This document shows positions 49,095-60,035 of a DNA stretch of 64,000 nucleotides, piece by piece. The notes under the pieces are model-generated. The model saw only the letters and a list, made by a program, of their open reading frames with translations. It was not told the origin of the DNA and did no database searches. Numbering within the stretch: position 1 is the stretch's first letter; every line of letters starts with the position of its first letter. Source of the stretch: an uncultured archaeon (GTDB taxonomy: Archaea; Thermoproteota; Bathyarchaeia; Bathyarchaeales; Bathycorpusculaceae). Location of the stretch: assembly GCA_963810275.1 (NCBI GenBank), contig CAWENF010000005.1, forward strand, positions 1 through 64,000. Direction: 5' to 3'. The position numbers were made by a program, and so were the translations under genes.

Positions 49095-50564
49095 ATGGCG
49101 CAGCAACCAGAAGAAAACATCAAGAAATTCCTCATCCACGCTGACGAAGCAGCCAAAATCATAAAAGAAACAGCCCAAAAAGATGGTTTCATCAGTTGTT
49201 TCAGCCACCTCGACGCAGATGGTGTAGCAGCTGCAGGCGTAGTAGGCAAAATGCTGGAGCGACTGGGTGCGCGTTTCAGAATTAAGGTCATGCAGTGGGT
49301 AGACGACAAAATAATCACCGAAGTCACCGCCGACAAACCCAATTTGGTTATCATGTCGGACTTTGGCAGCGGCTACCTCGACCTCTTAAACGAGAAAATT
49401 CCAAACCTTAAAATCGTCATCTTAGACCATCACCAAATCAGCGGTGAAAATAAAAACTCCAACTTCATCGTGCTAAACCCCCATCTATATGGCATAGACG
49501 GTGCAACTGAAGTGTCAGGTTCAGGCGTGGCGTACTTCGCTGCCCGAGCAGTAGACCCAGCCAACGTGGACATGTCCCCCATCGCATTAGTCGGCGCTTT
49601 GGGGGATATGCAGGACAAGTATGAGCAGCGCAGCTTCAAGAGCTTAAACGAAATTATCGTCAAAGACGCTATTGAAACTGGGTTATTGAAAGTTGAAAAA
49701 GATTTGACATTTTTTGGCAGGGAAACTCGCCCAATCCACCGCATGCTCTCAACGACCACCAACCCCTTCATTCCCGGACTCAGCGGGCAAGAAACCGAAT
49801 CACTAAACTTTGTTTCCAACCTCGGCTTCCCACTCAAAGACGGAGAAAAACTCCGCTCGCTCTGCGATTTGAATCAGATGGAACGCCGAACTCTCTGCTC
49901 TGCTCTCGCCGACTACCTACTTTCTAAAGGGCTTCATGTGGAAGTAGACAACCTAATTGGATGCGTCTACGTCTTAACAAAAGAAGAACCCAACACGGCG
50001 CTTCGTGACGGCAGAGAATTCTCGGTTTTACTCAACTCGACTGGAAGGATGGACCGCCCAGGCCTTGGCATAGCCATCTGCATGGGAGACCGCAAAGCAG
50101 CACTCGACGATGCAAACAAACTACTAGAAGACTATCGCCGAAACATCAGCAAATACATCACTTGGGTAAATGAAAAACCAGAACGGCTCCGAGAGTTTGA
50201 GAACATCTATGTGATTTACGGGGAGGATCAAGTCAACGAGAAAATCATTGGTACCGTCAGCAGCATACTTGTCTCCACACTCCCCAATAATCTAAAACCG
50301 CTGCTTGCATTTGCGAACATCAAAGATGAGAACGCAGCCAAATTCTCAGGAAGAACCACCGAAGCAGCCCTGCAGAAAGGCGTGAACTTGGGGGATGTTA
50401 TGCGTATGGCGTCTGAGAAGCATGGCGGCAAGGGCGGCGGACACAACATTGCGGCTGGTTCACAAGTGCCGCTGGATCAGGTGAAAGCGTTCATCGAAAC
50501 CGCCGATGAACTTGTGGGCAGGCAATTGAAGGGTGAGAAGCTTGGAAGCGAAGGTAACTCTTAG
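49095..50564 (+). CDS. RecJ-like DHH phosphoesterase
   Basis: HLDADG, DFGSG, LDHH, GALGDMQ, GGGHNIAAG; conserved rps15-DHH-pcc1 gene order. Confidence 0.93.
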   Translation: MAQQPEENIKKFLIHADEAAKIIKETAQKDGFISCFSHLDADGVAAAGVVGKMLERLGARFRIKVMQWVDDKIITEVTADKPNLVIMSDFGSGYLDLLNEKIPNLKIVILDHHQISGENKNSNFIVLNPHLYGIDGATEVSGSGVAYFAARAVDPANVDMSPIALVGALGDMQDKYEQRSFKSLNEIIVKDAIETGLLKVEKDLTFFGRETRPIHRMLSTTTNPFIPGLSGQETESLNFVSNLGFPLKDGEKLRSLCDLNQMERRTLCSALADYLLSKGLHVEVDNLIGCVYVLTKEEPNTALRDGREFSVLLNSTGRMDRPGLGIAICMGDRKAALDDANKLLEDYRRNISKYITWVNEKPERLREFENIYVIYGEDQVNEKIIGTVSSILVSTLPNNLKPLLAFANIKDENAAKFSGRTTEAALQKGVNLGDVMRMASEKHGGKGGGHNIAAGSQVPLDQVKAFIETADELVGRQLKGEKLGSEGNS

Positions 50565-50784
50565 GTACTCTGACGCTATGACGGCACAGGCAGTGGCGAA
50601 AGCAGTTTCGCCCGATAATCGTGTAACGCCAATGGGATTGAAAATCGCAACAATTCAGCAAGGCACAAAAGTAGTCACCGAAATCTGTTGCGAAGGCAAA
50701 CTAACAACTTTCACCGCTACCATAGACGACCTGCTATTCTGTGCATCAACAGCAGAGAAAACAATTAAAACTGTAAAGCAGTAA
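50533..50784 (+). CDS. pcc1: KEOPS subunit Pcc1
   Basis: AVSPDN..ATIDDLL; position after the DHH gene. Confidence 0.85.
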   Translation: MRSLEAKVTLRYSDAMTAQAVAKAVSPDNRVTPMGLKIATIQQGTKVVTEICCEGKLTTFTATIDDLLFCASTAEKTIKTVKQ

Positions 50785-51344
50785 CTGTCCGCAACTAACT
50801 TTTTCTGAGCCTATACAACCAACCTTAACCAGCAACAAATCCAAGGCACCTTCTGATGCAAAAACAGTTTGTTAGCTAAACGTCTAAGAAGATAAACAAT
50901 TAAAAAGGGCATTACTGCCATTATCTTAAACAAAAATTTAAAAACTCTATTTCCCTCGCACATAGAGGAATCCAGCACAATTTGGAGGAAATTTTACCTA
51001 ATCGCCACCATCGCTTGGTAGCCTCCAGTCCAAAGCTAAGCTAAAAGGTTAGCTAAAATTTCTTTTTTAGTTTGCTGTCATCCCTCTTTGCTTTTATCCT
51101 CTATTTTCTCATCTGTCTTTAGATTTATTCTCAACCTTTTGCACATCTTCTTTAACTTCGTCTTATTCAAAAGAAAATATCTCTTCTAAACTCGGCACAG
51201 AATACAGCGAGGTTTGGTTGTTTTTATAGCTGTGTAACTACAAACGAAAGCCACAAATCAAACGAATATTGAGGAATATTGCTTTGCGTATACAAAAGCA
51301 TCAACAAAATATACAAAATAAAATGAAAATAGGCTGGAAAAAGC

Positions 51345-52778
51345 CTACTTCTTACTCATCAAGTACTCATGCATAGCTTTCGCAGCACGTTTACCTGCAC
51401 CCATAGCGCTGATGACCGTTGCTGCGCCTGTTGCTACGTCTCCGCCTGCGTAGACGCCTTCGAGGCTTGTTTTGCCATCTTCGTTAACACAGATGGTGCC
51501 GTATTTGGGGTCGCTTTGTAAGCCGTCGGTGGTGCGTTGGATGATGGGGTTAGGGGTTTGCCCTATTGCGATTATGACTGTATCGGTTTCCATAACGAAT
51601 TCGCTACCTGGAATAGTCTTCACACCGCGTCTGCCTCTGGCATCGGGCTCAGTTAACTCCATGGCGATGCATTTCATAGCTTTCACCCAGCCCTTCTCAT
51701 CGCCATAGAACTCAAGCGGGGACGCAAGGAACTTGCAGACTAAGCCTTCTTCCTCGGCATTCTCGATTTCCTCGGAACGCGCAGGCAACTCTTCGCGACC
51801 TCGGCGGTACAAAAGACAAACCGAAGCACCCAAGCGCATGCTGCATCTGGCGCAGTCCATAGCGACGTTGCCGCCACCGATAACCACGACGTGTTTGCCG
51901 ACTCTGATAGGTGTATCTGATTCGGGGAACTCGAATGCTTTCATGAGGTTGACGCGTATGAGGAACTCATTGGCGCTGTAGATGCCACCCAAGTTCTCGC
52001 CAGGGCTACCAGTGAATTGAGGCAAGCCTGCACCACTACCGATGAAAACTGCGTCATAGCCACCCTGCTTCATGAGTTCGGGTATAGTATGGATTCTGCC
52101 GATAAGGTTTCCCACCTTAAGGTGAACACCCAATTTCTGAACGTATTCAACCTCGTTTCCAACGATGGCTTTAGGCAAACGGAACTCTGGGATACCATAT
52201 GAGAGCACTCCGCCTCCCAGGTGTAAAGCTTCGAAAATAGTAACGTCATGTCCCAGCTTGACAAGGTCTGCTGCAACGGTTAAGCCTGCGGGACCTGCCC
52301 CTACAACTGCTACTTTTTTACCTGTCGGTTTTGCTTTGGGCGGAAGCTGGAAACCGTTATCACGTTCCCAGTCCGCAAGGAACCGTTCTAAGCGTCCTAC
52401 GCTGACGGGTTCACCCATTCTTCCAATCACACACTTAGCTTGGCACTGAGATTCCTGTGGACAAACGCGTCCGCAGACGGCTGGTAATGCGTTTTTGGAT
52501 TTAATAATCCGGATGCCTTCAGCATAGTTTTTGTCTTTGATGGCTTTGATGAACTGTGGAATCGGCACTTCAACAGGGCAGCCGCCTCTACACTGCGGGT
52601 TTGGGCACTGTAGGCAGCGGTTGGCTTCTTCTTGGGCTTCTTCTTCTGTGTAGCCCAATGCGACTTCGTTGAAGTTTTTAGCGCGGACTTTGGGCTCCTG
52701 CTTTGCCATTTCAACGGCTTTTTTATTTAGTTTAGGTTTAGGCTTTGTGTCTGCCACACTTGCAACCTCCATGTTCAC
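51345..52778 (-). CDS. NfnB/SudA (GltD-like) flavin Fe-S oxidoreductase large subunit
   Basis: RCLQC..C..GCP, CGRVCPQESQC, VGAGPAG, YGIPEFRLP, IGGGNVAMD, AGGD. Confidence 0.92.
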   Translation of the reverse strand: MNMEVASVADTKPKPKLNKKAVEMAKQEPKVRAKNFNEVALGYTEEEAQEEANRCLQCPNPQCRGGCPVEVPIPQFIKAIKDKNYAEGIRIIKSKNALPAVCGRVCPQESQCQAKCVIGRMGEPVSVGRLERFLADWERDNGFQLPPKAKPTGKKVAVVGAGPAGLTVAADLVKLGHDVTIFEALHLGGGVLSYGIPEFRLPKAIVGNEVEYVQKLGVHLKVGNLIGRIHTIPELMKQGGYDAVFIGSGAGLPQFTGSPGENLGGIYSANEFLIRVNLMKAFEFPESDTPIRVGKHVVVIGGGNVAMDCARCSMRLGASVCLLYRRGREELPARSEEIENAEEEGLVCKFLASPLEFYGDEKGWVKAMKCIAMELTEPDARGRRGVKTIPGSEFVMETDTVIIAIGQTPNPIIQRTTDGLQSDPKYGTICVNEDGKTSLEGVYAGGDVATGAATVISAMGAGKRAAKAMHEYLMSKK

Positions 52779-53589
52779 TGAGTTCTGCTAGCACACTGCT
52801 TAACCGTTCCTCGGGGAGCATTGTGCGTTGACGCAGAATTAACTCGTCAAAATCAACTTTGTGACCGTCAAATTCGGGTCCATCCACACAGCCGAAGAGC
52901 ATTTTGCCTCCGACGGTGACACGGCAAACTCCACACATGCCCATGCCGTCAATCATAATCGGGGTGGTAGTCACAATTGTGGGTATGCCGTAGGGTTTTG
53001 TTATTTCGGAGACGTCTTTCATGAGAATGACGGGTCCCATGACGACACAGTAGTCAAACTTTTCTTTTTTTATCAACTCGTCTAGGAAATCCAAGCCCTT
53101 ATAGCCTTTGGAGCCGTCGTCAGTTGAAACGATGACGTTGTGGCTGTAAGCTTTGGCTTCGTCCTCCATCATGACAAAGGGCTCAGTTCTTGCGCCGATG
53201 ACAGTGGTTACGTGGTTACCGGCTTCTTTCATGGCTTTAGACTGCAAGAGAAGTGGTGCAATCATAACGCTGCCACCCACACAGAGCACCTTACCATAGT
53301 TCTTGATTTCAGAGGGGTTGCCTAAGGGTCCTGTGACGTTGTCGATTTCGTCGCCGACGTTTAGTTTGCCAAGGTCTTTGGTGCTTTTGCCCACTTCGTG
53401 GAAAGCAAACGAAACCGTACCTTTTTTGACGTCGTAGCCGCAGATGGTTAGCGGGATGCGTTCACCTTTTTTGCCATGGATAACTATTAGGAATTGGCCA
53501 GGTTTGGCTTTGGCGGCGATGTCTGGGGCTTCAACTTCGAAGATCTTGATTTTGGGGACGAGCTCGGTTTTGCTAATTATTTTGTACAT
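52738..53589 (-). CDS. NfnA/SudB (PyrK-like) small subunit
   Basis: PGQF..GERIPLT, GPLGNP, MIDGMGMCGVCRV..CVDGPEFDG. Confidence 0.92.
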   Translation of the reverse strand: MYKIISKTELVPKIKIFEVEAPDIAAKAKPGQFLIVIHGKKGERIPLTICGYDVKKGTVSFAFHEVGKSTKDLGKLNVGDEIDNVTGPLGNPSEIKNYGKVLCVGGSVMIAPLLLQSKAMKEAGNHVTTVIGARTEPFVMMEDEAKAYSHNVIVSTDDGSKGYKGLDFLDELIKKEKFDYCVVMGPVILMKDVSEITKPYGIPTIVTTTPIMIDGMGMCGVCRVTVGGKMLFGCVDGPEFDGHKVDFDELILRQRTMLPEERLSSVLAELSEHGGCKCGRHKA

Positions 53590-54803
53590 TGTTCTGGTGC
53601 CTCCATTTCTGCTTTTTTAGCTAATTCTGAAATTTTCTGGTAGAACTCTTGGAATTTGGCTTTGAAGTCTCCTTCACACCGGGGTGATTCCTCGTAGAGT
53701 TGGAACCGCTCAATCAAGCCTTCTTTTTTTAGTACATCAAGCATAACTCCGAGGTTGCGTTCTGCGGTGTCTCTGCCTTCTTGGAGCTTGCAGTCTTTGG
53801 AGCTGCAAACCACCGCCATGACGCCGTCAAAGCCACAGTTCAGTGCGTTGACTACGTGGACAGGGTCAAGTGATTTGAAGCAGGGCACTTCGAGCGCCAA
53901 CACGTTTTTGCCTTCAAAGGCCTCGTTTGGGTTGTCCAAAGCTGAGAACTCGGACCACTGGCAAACAAACGCCAGAATAGCAGGACCTTTTCCTTGCTCG
54001 ACCAGTTTCTTGGCTGAGCCGCCATAACGGGCAAGCACATCTTCAAACTCGAAACCTTTTACTTGGATGGCGTGGTGCGGACAAACCAATTGGCAAGCGC
54101 CACAGCCAACACATTTGTCTTCGTTTAGTTTGGGTGTTGCAAATGGCTCAAATTCGAGTGCACCATAGGGGCAGATGAAGATACATTTGTCGCAGCCGAC
54201 ACATTCTAGCACATCGTAGACGGCTTTGCGGCTGTACTTTATGACTCGAACAACGTCCTCTGGGTAACCTAGGTCTTTGAGCACAGATTTTGCCAGAGTG
54301 AGTCTGCGGGTATTGATTTTGGTGCCTTCTTTGTAGCGACAAAACGGGTCCTCGCATTGGATAGATACGATTTTTTGGATGCCCAGGTTGAGGGCTTCGA
54401 AAATGAAGTCTGTTGGCACACGTCCAGCACAGGGCAACCTAAGGGCAAGGTAGTTTTCTACGTTTAAGCCCTGTTCTTTTAAGATGTCATGAACTTCGCC
54501 AGTGTTTGGCGAATTGCCCCGGCACATCAACACCAAAGTTTCAGTTTTAGGCTCCTTAGCCTGTGCCTCTTTTAGATATTCGGAGAGGTTATCGTAAGTG
54601 TAATACTTCATTTTTATAGCTGAAGCTGGACAAGCACTGTAACAGATGCCGCATACTTGACATTCCTCCAAGTTAACTTCCACTTTGCCGCTTTCGTCGC
54701 GTTTAATGGCTTCGTAGGGGCAAATGGATTGGCACACGTAGCATCGACTGCACAGGTCTTGGTTAATCTCAACTGCAGCCAGACATTTCTCACTCATTAG
54801 CAA
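53577..54803 (-). CDS. Tandem (2[4Fe-4S] ferredoxin + MvhD-like) x2 fusion protein
   Basis: Four CxxCxxCxxxCP motifs; two MvhD-like units (LMC..LPCAGRV..C..C; AFVCQW..VPC..GFDGV..C..C). Confidence 0.85.
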   Translation of the reverse strand: MLMSEKCLAAVEINQDLCSRCYVCQSICPYEAIKRDESGKVEVNLEECQVCGICYSACPASAIKMKYYTYDNLSEYLKEAQAKEPKTETLVLMCRGNSPNTGEVHDILKEQGLNVENYLALRLPCAGRVPTDFIFEALNLGIQKIVSIQCEDPFCRYKEGTKINTRRLTLAKSVLKDLGYPEDVVRVIKYSRKAVYDVLECVGCDKCIFICPYGALEFEPFATPKLNEDKCVGCGACQLVCPHHAIQVKGFEFEDVLARYGGSAKKLVEQGKGPAILAFVCQWSEFSALDNPNEAFEGKNVLALEVPCFKSLDPVHVVNALNCGFDGVMAVVCSSKDCKLQEGRDTAERNLGVMLDVLKKEGLIERFQLYEESPRCEGDFKAKFQEFYQKISELAKKAEMEAPEQCTK

Positions 54804-55005
54804 ACCTTCTGTGCTCTTAGCGTAATGGCTAGAAGCTTCGAAGGGTCAAAAAGGTTTTTAGCTTAATATAATTCTTACTGCTGCAAAACTGGAAATTTCT
54901 TATATAACGAGATGTTAACAAACGTATTGGTCAAAGGTTTTTAAGTAAAAACTTGTCGGCAGCAGACTTTGCACAAACCACTCTCCAAATACTTAAACAA
55001 AAAGA

Positions 55006-55939
55006 TCAGCGTTTGTAGTAGGGACGCCGCACATAGGAGTAGGCTTCAAGAGCCGCAGTTATACCTTGCCCAACAGCAGTTCCAACTTGCTTCACCGGAT
55101 GGCTGGATACGTCTCCGGCTGCGAAAACGCCCTCAAGGTTAGTGTGCTGGCGTATGTCGATTTGGACGTAGCCATGCTCGTTGATTTCCACACCACTTTC
55201 AGCAGCTATCTTACTGTTGGGCGCTTCGCCAATTTGCACAAACACAGCGTCAACAGCCATCTCACTGATTTGCCCCGTATTGTTATTTTTCAGCACCACA
55301 GTTCGTACCTGGTTATCTCCCTTGATTTCCTCAATCTCGGTGTTCCAAATGATTTTGATGTTGGCTTTTGTGGCTATGTCTTTTACAAGAAGCTCTTCTG
55401 CACGGAACATATTCCGCCTGTGTACTGCCAAGACCTCCGAGGCCAAACCTGAAAGGTATAGTGAAGTTGTGCAAGCTGAGTTGCCACCGCCCACCACCAT
55501 CACACGTTTACATCTTGAAAAATGGTCCATCGCATACACCACAGTAGCTAACACCCCTGCCGCGGAACTCTTTCTCGCCTTTTGCGCCTATTTCCTTATA
55601 ATGTGAGCCTGTGGCTAATATGACTGCTTTAGCTTGATAGCTACCGGAAGTGGTAGTCACGGTTTTGATGTCGTCTTTAAGGTCAAGGCCTGTTACGGCT
55701 TCGATGTCATGAACCTCTGCGCCCAGCGTTCGTGCATGGTCAGACATTTTCATTGCTAACTCGCTGCCGCTTATTTCAGCAAATCCAGGGTAGTTTACAA
55801 TTTTTGGTGAGTCAGCGATTGCTCCTCCTGCAAATTTCTCATCTAAAACTAAGGTTTTTAGTCCGCTACGTACCGCGTATATTGCTGCGGCGTTGCCTGC
55901 CGAACCTGCGCCTACGATTATGACATCCCAAATATCCAT
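55006..55939 (-). CDS. trxB: Thioredoxin reductase; frameshift at ~55515
   Basis: IVGAGSAG, NYPGF, GRGVSYCGVCDG, then VVGGGNSA, HRR, GVFAAGDV. Confidence 0.9.
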
Positions 55940-56068
55940 AAAATGCAACCTCTCTAATAATTGGAGACAGCGGTTTATGAATTGTTCTGTTTTCAGTTCA
56001 CCCATCAAAATCCAATAAGCTGATAAAGGCGAACCCGCTTAGTTCCAATTGCTTCTGAGGTGTGTTTT

Positions 56069-57839
56069 ATGGCAAAGTACAGGTGTACGGTCTGCAACTG
56101 GATTTATAACGAGGCAAAAGAAAAAGTCAAATTCACAGAATTACCCGCTGATTGGGTTTGCCCCATCTGTGGTGCACCCAAATCTTCGTTTGTACTGTTA
56201 AGTGAGGATGGCAACGAAGAAAAAGAGGAGAAGAAACCAGAAAGCACAGTATCTGATGTTCTAATAAACCAGCTTGCATTGTGGGGCGTAAAATTCGTAT
56301 TCAGCATCCCCGGCACCTCCACCTTAGGCATCGTAGACGCCATAAGAAAAGCGGAAGGAAAAATCCGCTACATCCAAGTGCGCCACGAAGAAACCGCCGC
56401 CTTTATGGCGTCTGCCTACGGCAAACTAACAGGACATGTCGCCGCTTGCCTAGGCATTTCTGGCCCGGGCACCACCAACCTTGCCACAGGACTCTACGAC
56501 GCGCAACTGGATCACTCACCCGTACTGGCATTAACAGGCATGGTGCCACGCAAACTAATCGGCAGAGGCTCTCTGCAGGAAATCGATCACCAAGCCTTCT
56601 TCCAACCCATCAGCGTCTACAACAAAACCCTCATGACTGAGGACCAAACCACCACATTGGCGATTTTAGCCATAAAACATGCATTAATCGACCAGGGCGT
56701 AGCCCACATCGGCATCCCTAACGACGTGCAAAAGATACCCTACGAGGCGCCGCTGTTGCAGTTTGAGGGCAGATTGCCCAACCTTGCCTACGGGCAGGAA
56801 GAATGGGTTGTGGAGGAAGCCGCAAAAATCGTGGATTCAGCTGTGCGTCCGGTTGATTTTGATGGGCGGGGGGTGCAGAGGTCAAGGCACCAAAGTGCTC
56901 AAGTTAGCGGCAAAAATCGGCGCTCCCGTAATTTCGACTTTTAAGGGCAAAGGCTTAGTTGACGATGATGAGCCACTGTATGTGGGTTGCCAGGGCGGCA
57001 TCGGTTCTACCGCAGCAGCGGCGCTCATGGAGCAAACGGATTTGATGATTGCGATGGGGGTTTCTTTTTCAGATATGTCGCAGATTCCTCGGAAACGCAC
57101 TATTCAAATTGATATTAACCCCTTGATGATTGCACGCCGCTTCCCCGTTGAGGTGGGGTTACTTGGTAACAGCGCAGTCCTAATCCCCAAGCTGGCAGCA
57201 AGAGTTTCCGATAAAAACAATAGCAGCTACCGCGAAGAAATCGCCAAACTCAAAGCATCCTGGAACCAGCAGCTTGAAAGAGAAGCAGACACCTCCAAAA
57301 AACCCATCCGCCCACCCTACATAATGAAAGTACTGACCGAAAAAGTAGCCTCAGACGCAGTCATTTCGTTGGATGTGGGAGAGAACTGTTGGTGGTTTGG
57401 ACGCAACTTCCGCATGAAACGCACCCAGAAGATGGTTATGAGCGGCAACTTGGCGACGATGGGTTTCGGTTTGCCGGGAGCGTTGGCGGCAGCTTTGGCT
57501 TATCCCGAGCGTCAGATAGTTTGCTTGACGGGTGACGGAGGCTTAACTATGGTACTTGGCGACTTCCTGACGGCGCACAAGTACAATTTACCTATCAAAG
57601 TCTTTGTTGTTAACAACAAGAGCTTAGGCATGATTATGCAGGAGCAGAAAGTCGAAGGCTATAGGGATTGGCAGACGGAATTACATAACTACAACTTCGC
57701 CGATTTCGCGGAGCACTCTGGCGGGTTAGGAATTAAGGTGACAGAGCCTGCGGATTTGGAGGCAGCAGTGGAAAAGGCGTTGGCGTCTGAGAAGCCGTCG
57801 ATTGTTGATATTGAATCTGATCCACAACGTTTCCCTTAG
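56069..57839 (+). CDS. Rubredoxin-fused ThDP enzyme (pyruvate oxidase/PoxB-like); frameshift at ~56852
   Basis: YRCTVC..WVCPICG; [17 protein letters not shown]; [15 protein letters not shown]. Confidence 0.85.
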
Positions 57840-57902
57840 ATTATTTTATTTTGTAAGATGAAGGCTCATGCATCAACTTTAAAGTCAATACCTAAACCAC
57901 CA

Positions 57903-59078
57903 TTAGGGAACAGGTTCCTCTACAAGTCCAATCCATACTGCCGCCCCTACGATGCCTAAAGCGCCTAACGTGACGCCGACCGCTTGAAAACCACTGACAT
58001 CAAGAAGTAAACCAGCCACGACGGAAGCCAATAGCATCCCAAAATTCATAAACGCCGCATTAAGCGAGTTCATGGTGCTGCGGAATTTTGGAAGCTGCTC
58101 AATAATCAAGGCACCGCCCGCCGTGAAAGCCATAGTGGAGAACCAGAACCGCAGAACCCCCAAACCCAAAGACCACTCAACCGTAGGCATAAACATAAAC
58201 GTCAACGTCAACAAGCCAGCCATTACAAGCGTTATAGTTCCTAACCGTTTACGCCCCACTCGATTCACCATCAACCCTGAAACTGCGCCGCCAACCGCCC
58301 CGACAATGTTGCCTACTAAAACAAAGTAGGAACCATCCATTATGGAAAGGCTAAATTGGTGACGGAAAAACGATACCGAGTAGTAGCCGATGGCACTTTC
58401 ACAGAGCATAAGCATGGTAACCAGTAAGGCAGCGACTGTTGATTTGTGAAGAAACGCCTGTTTGCAGCCTGCTAAAAAAGGTTCCTTCACCTTCTGTTGG
58501 TTAGTGGTTTTATTTGGCAGAAAACTTAATGATAAGAGTAGACTGACGAGGGCGAAAGGCAAAGCTAATAGCAACATGACAGACCGCCAGCCTGTTGAGC
58601 ATGCTATTGCGCCGATACATGGTGCACCGACAACGTAGGCAAACGTAAATGCAGCTACAAGCACCCCAATTGCTTTCCCCCGCTTCTCTAAGGGGTAATG
58701 GTCGCCGACGATAGAGTAAGCCATAGCAGTTACAATTGCTATGCCTGCTCCGACACCAATGTTAGGAAGCAGGATAAAAAGAAAAGTCGGTGCCGCATAG
58801 AAACCCAACGCTGCCAAGCAAGTGCATCCTAAACCCGAAAGCAAAAGGAGTTTATGGCTAAAACGCACGCTTAGCACAGCCATTAAAAGTCCGAACAGTG
58901 CGCCGGAGAGTGCACCAACTGACGCCACCATGCTGGCGATGCCGATCGGAACATTAAACGTTCCAGCTATGTCGATTAAGAGAACCTGAAAAGTGACGGT
59001 TATAAGCCATGTGGACAAGACAGACAGCGCTAACACTGGAAGAAGAAGTTTGGAGTGTAACCTGTCTGCTAATACCAC
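57903..59078 (-). CDS. MFS transporter
   Basis: About 12 TM helices; NRVGRK motif; YPLEKRGKAIG. Confidence 0.88.
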   Translation of the reverse strand: MVLADRLHSKLLLPVLALSVLSTWLITVTFQVLLIDIAGTFNVPIGIASMVASVGALSGALFGLLMAVLSVRFSHKLLLLSGLGCTCLAALGFYAAPTFLFILLPNIGVGAGIAIVTAMAYSIVGDHYPLEKRGKAIGVLVAAFTFAYVVGAPCIGAIACSTGWRSVMLLLALPFALVSLLLSLSFLPNKTTNQQKVKEPFLAGCKQAFLHKSTVAALLVTMLMLCESAIGYYSVSFFRHQFSLSIMDGSYFVLVGNIVGAVGGAVSGLMVNRVGRKRLGTITLVMAGLLTLTFMFMPTVEWSLGLGVLRFWFSTMAFTAGGALIIEQLPKFRSTMNSLNAAFMNFGMLLASVVAGLLLDVSGFQAVGVTLGALGIVGAAVWIGLVEEPVP

Positions 59079-59304
59079 CCAGTGTAACCCAGCCCTGTTA
59101 CAGTATAAGAAGTATAAAAAATGTACCTCAGCACTCTTAAGAAAGACACAAAAAATGTGTTTCTCTAAAAATCAGCCATTTAGTGATGCCTAAGACGCTA
59201 TTTCTCAATGGAGAAAAAAAGCAAAATACGTCCAGAAACAGGCTTACACAAAAGATCTGAAGAAATCCTATACTGTAATATACAGTCAGGCCTAATGTTT
59301 TGAT

Positions 59305-60024
59305 ATGCGCACGATTAAAGCGTCAAGCAGCTACCCCAAAAAGCAAGCCAGAAAAAACCTTATCAAAGCAGCCCTCTGGCTACTTGTCTTTTTTGTGGCT
59401 GCAGCGGTTTGGGGATGGCACGCAATCACTACGTGGCAGTTTAGGTTACTGGAGCAGATTTCACTAATTGCGCTTTTCGCACCCATAGGCTTTTTCTATT
59501 TTTACCTTAACGAGTACCGTATCTACAGCGGAGGGGTAGAAGGAGAAAAAAAAGTTGCCCAGCTACTGAGCCAAACACTAAGCGACGACTACTACCTGAT
59601 AAACGACTTATACCTTCAGGGAAGCCGAGGAGGAGACATTGACCATGTGATTTTAGCGCCCAACGGCATATTCGTGTTGGAAACCAAGAACTGGAGCGGA
59701 AAAATTACTGTCGTGGAAGACCTATGGCACCGAGCGGGCAAACGTAATCTCCACGGTAGCCCCAGCCGACAAGCTAAAAACAACGCAACCAAAATCAAAC
59801 GCTTAGTTGAAATTTCATCTAAACTTCGAGGGCTGGAGCTCGGGGTGGCGGGCATAGTGGTTTTAACCAACAGGCATGCTTCCGTGCAGCTGAACAGTCC
59901 CACCGTTCCCATCTTGAGGCTTCACCAACTGCCTGACTACATTAAATCTCACGGAAGCCAGAAACGGTACTCGCGCGATGTGCTTGAAAGAATTGGCGAA
60001 GAAATTGTTAAGCAAAAAGCTTAG
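59305..60024 (+). CDS. Membrane-anchored NERD nuclease-domain protein
   Basis: Two TM helices; GVEGE..IND..DIDHVILAPNGIFVLETKNWSG..SPSRQ. Confidence 0.88.
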   Translation: MRTIKASSSYPKKQARKNLIKAALWLLVFFVAAAVWGWHAITTWQFRLLEQISLIALFAPIGFFYFYLNEYRIYSGGVEGEKKVAQLLSQTLSDDYYLINDLYLQGSRGGDIDHVILAPNGIFVLETKNWSGKITVVEDLWHRAGKRNLHGSPSRQAKNNATKIKRLVEISSKLRGLELGVAGIVVLTNRHASVQLNSPTVPILRLHQLPDYIKSHGSQKRYSRDVLERIGEEIVKQKA

Positions 60025-60035
60025 GTTTTGACTTT

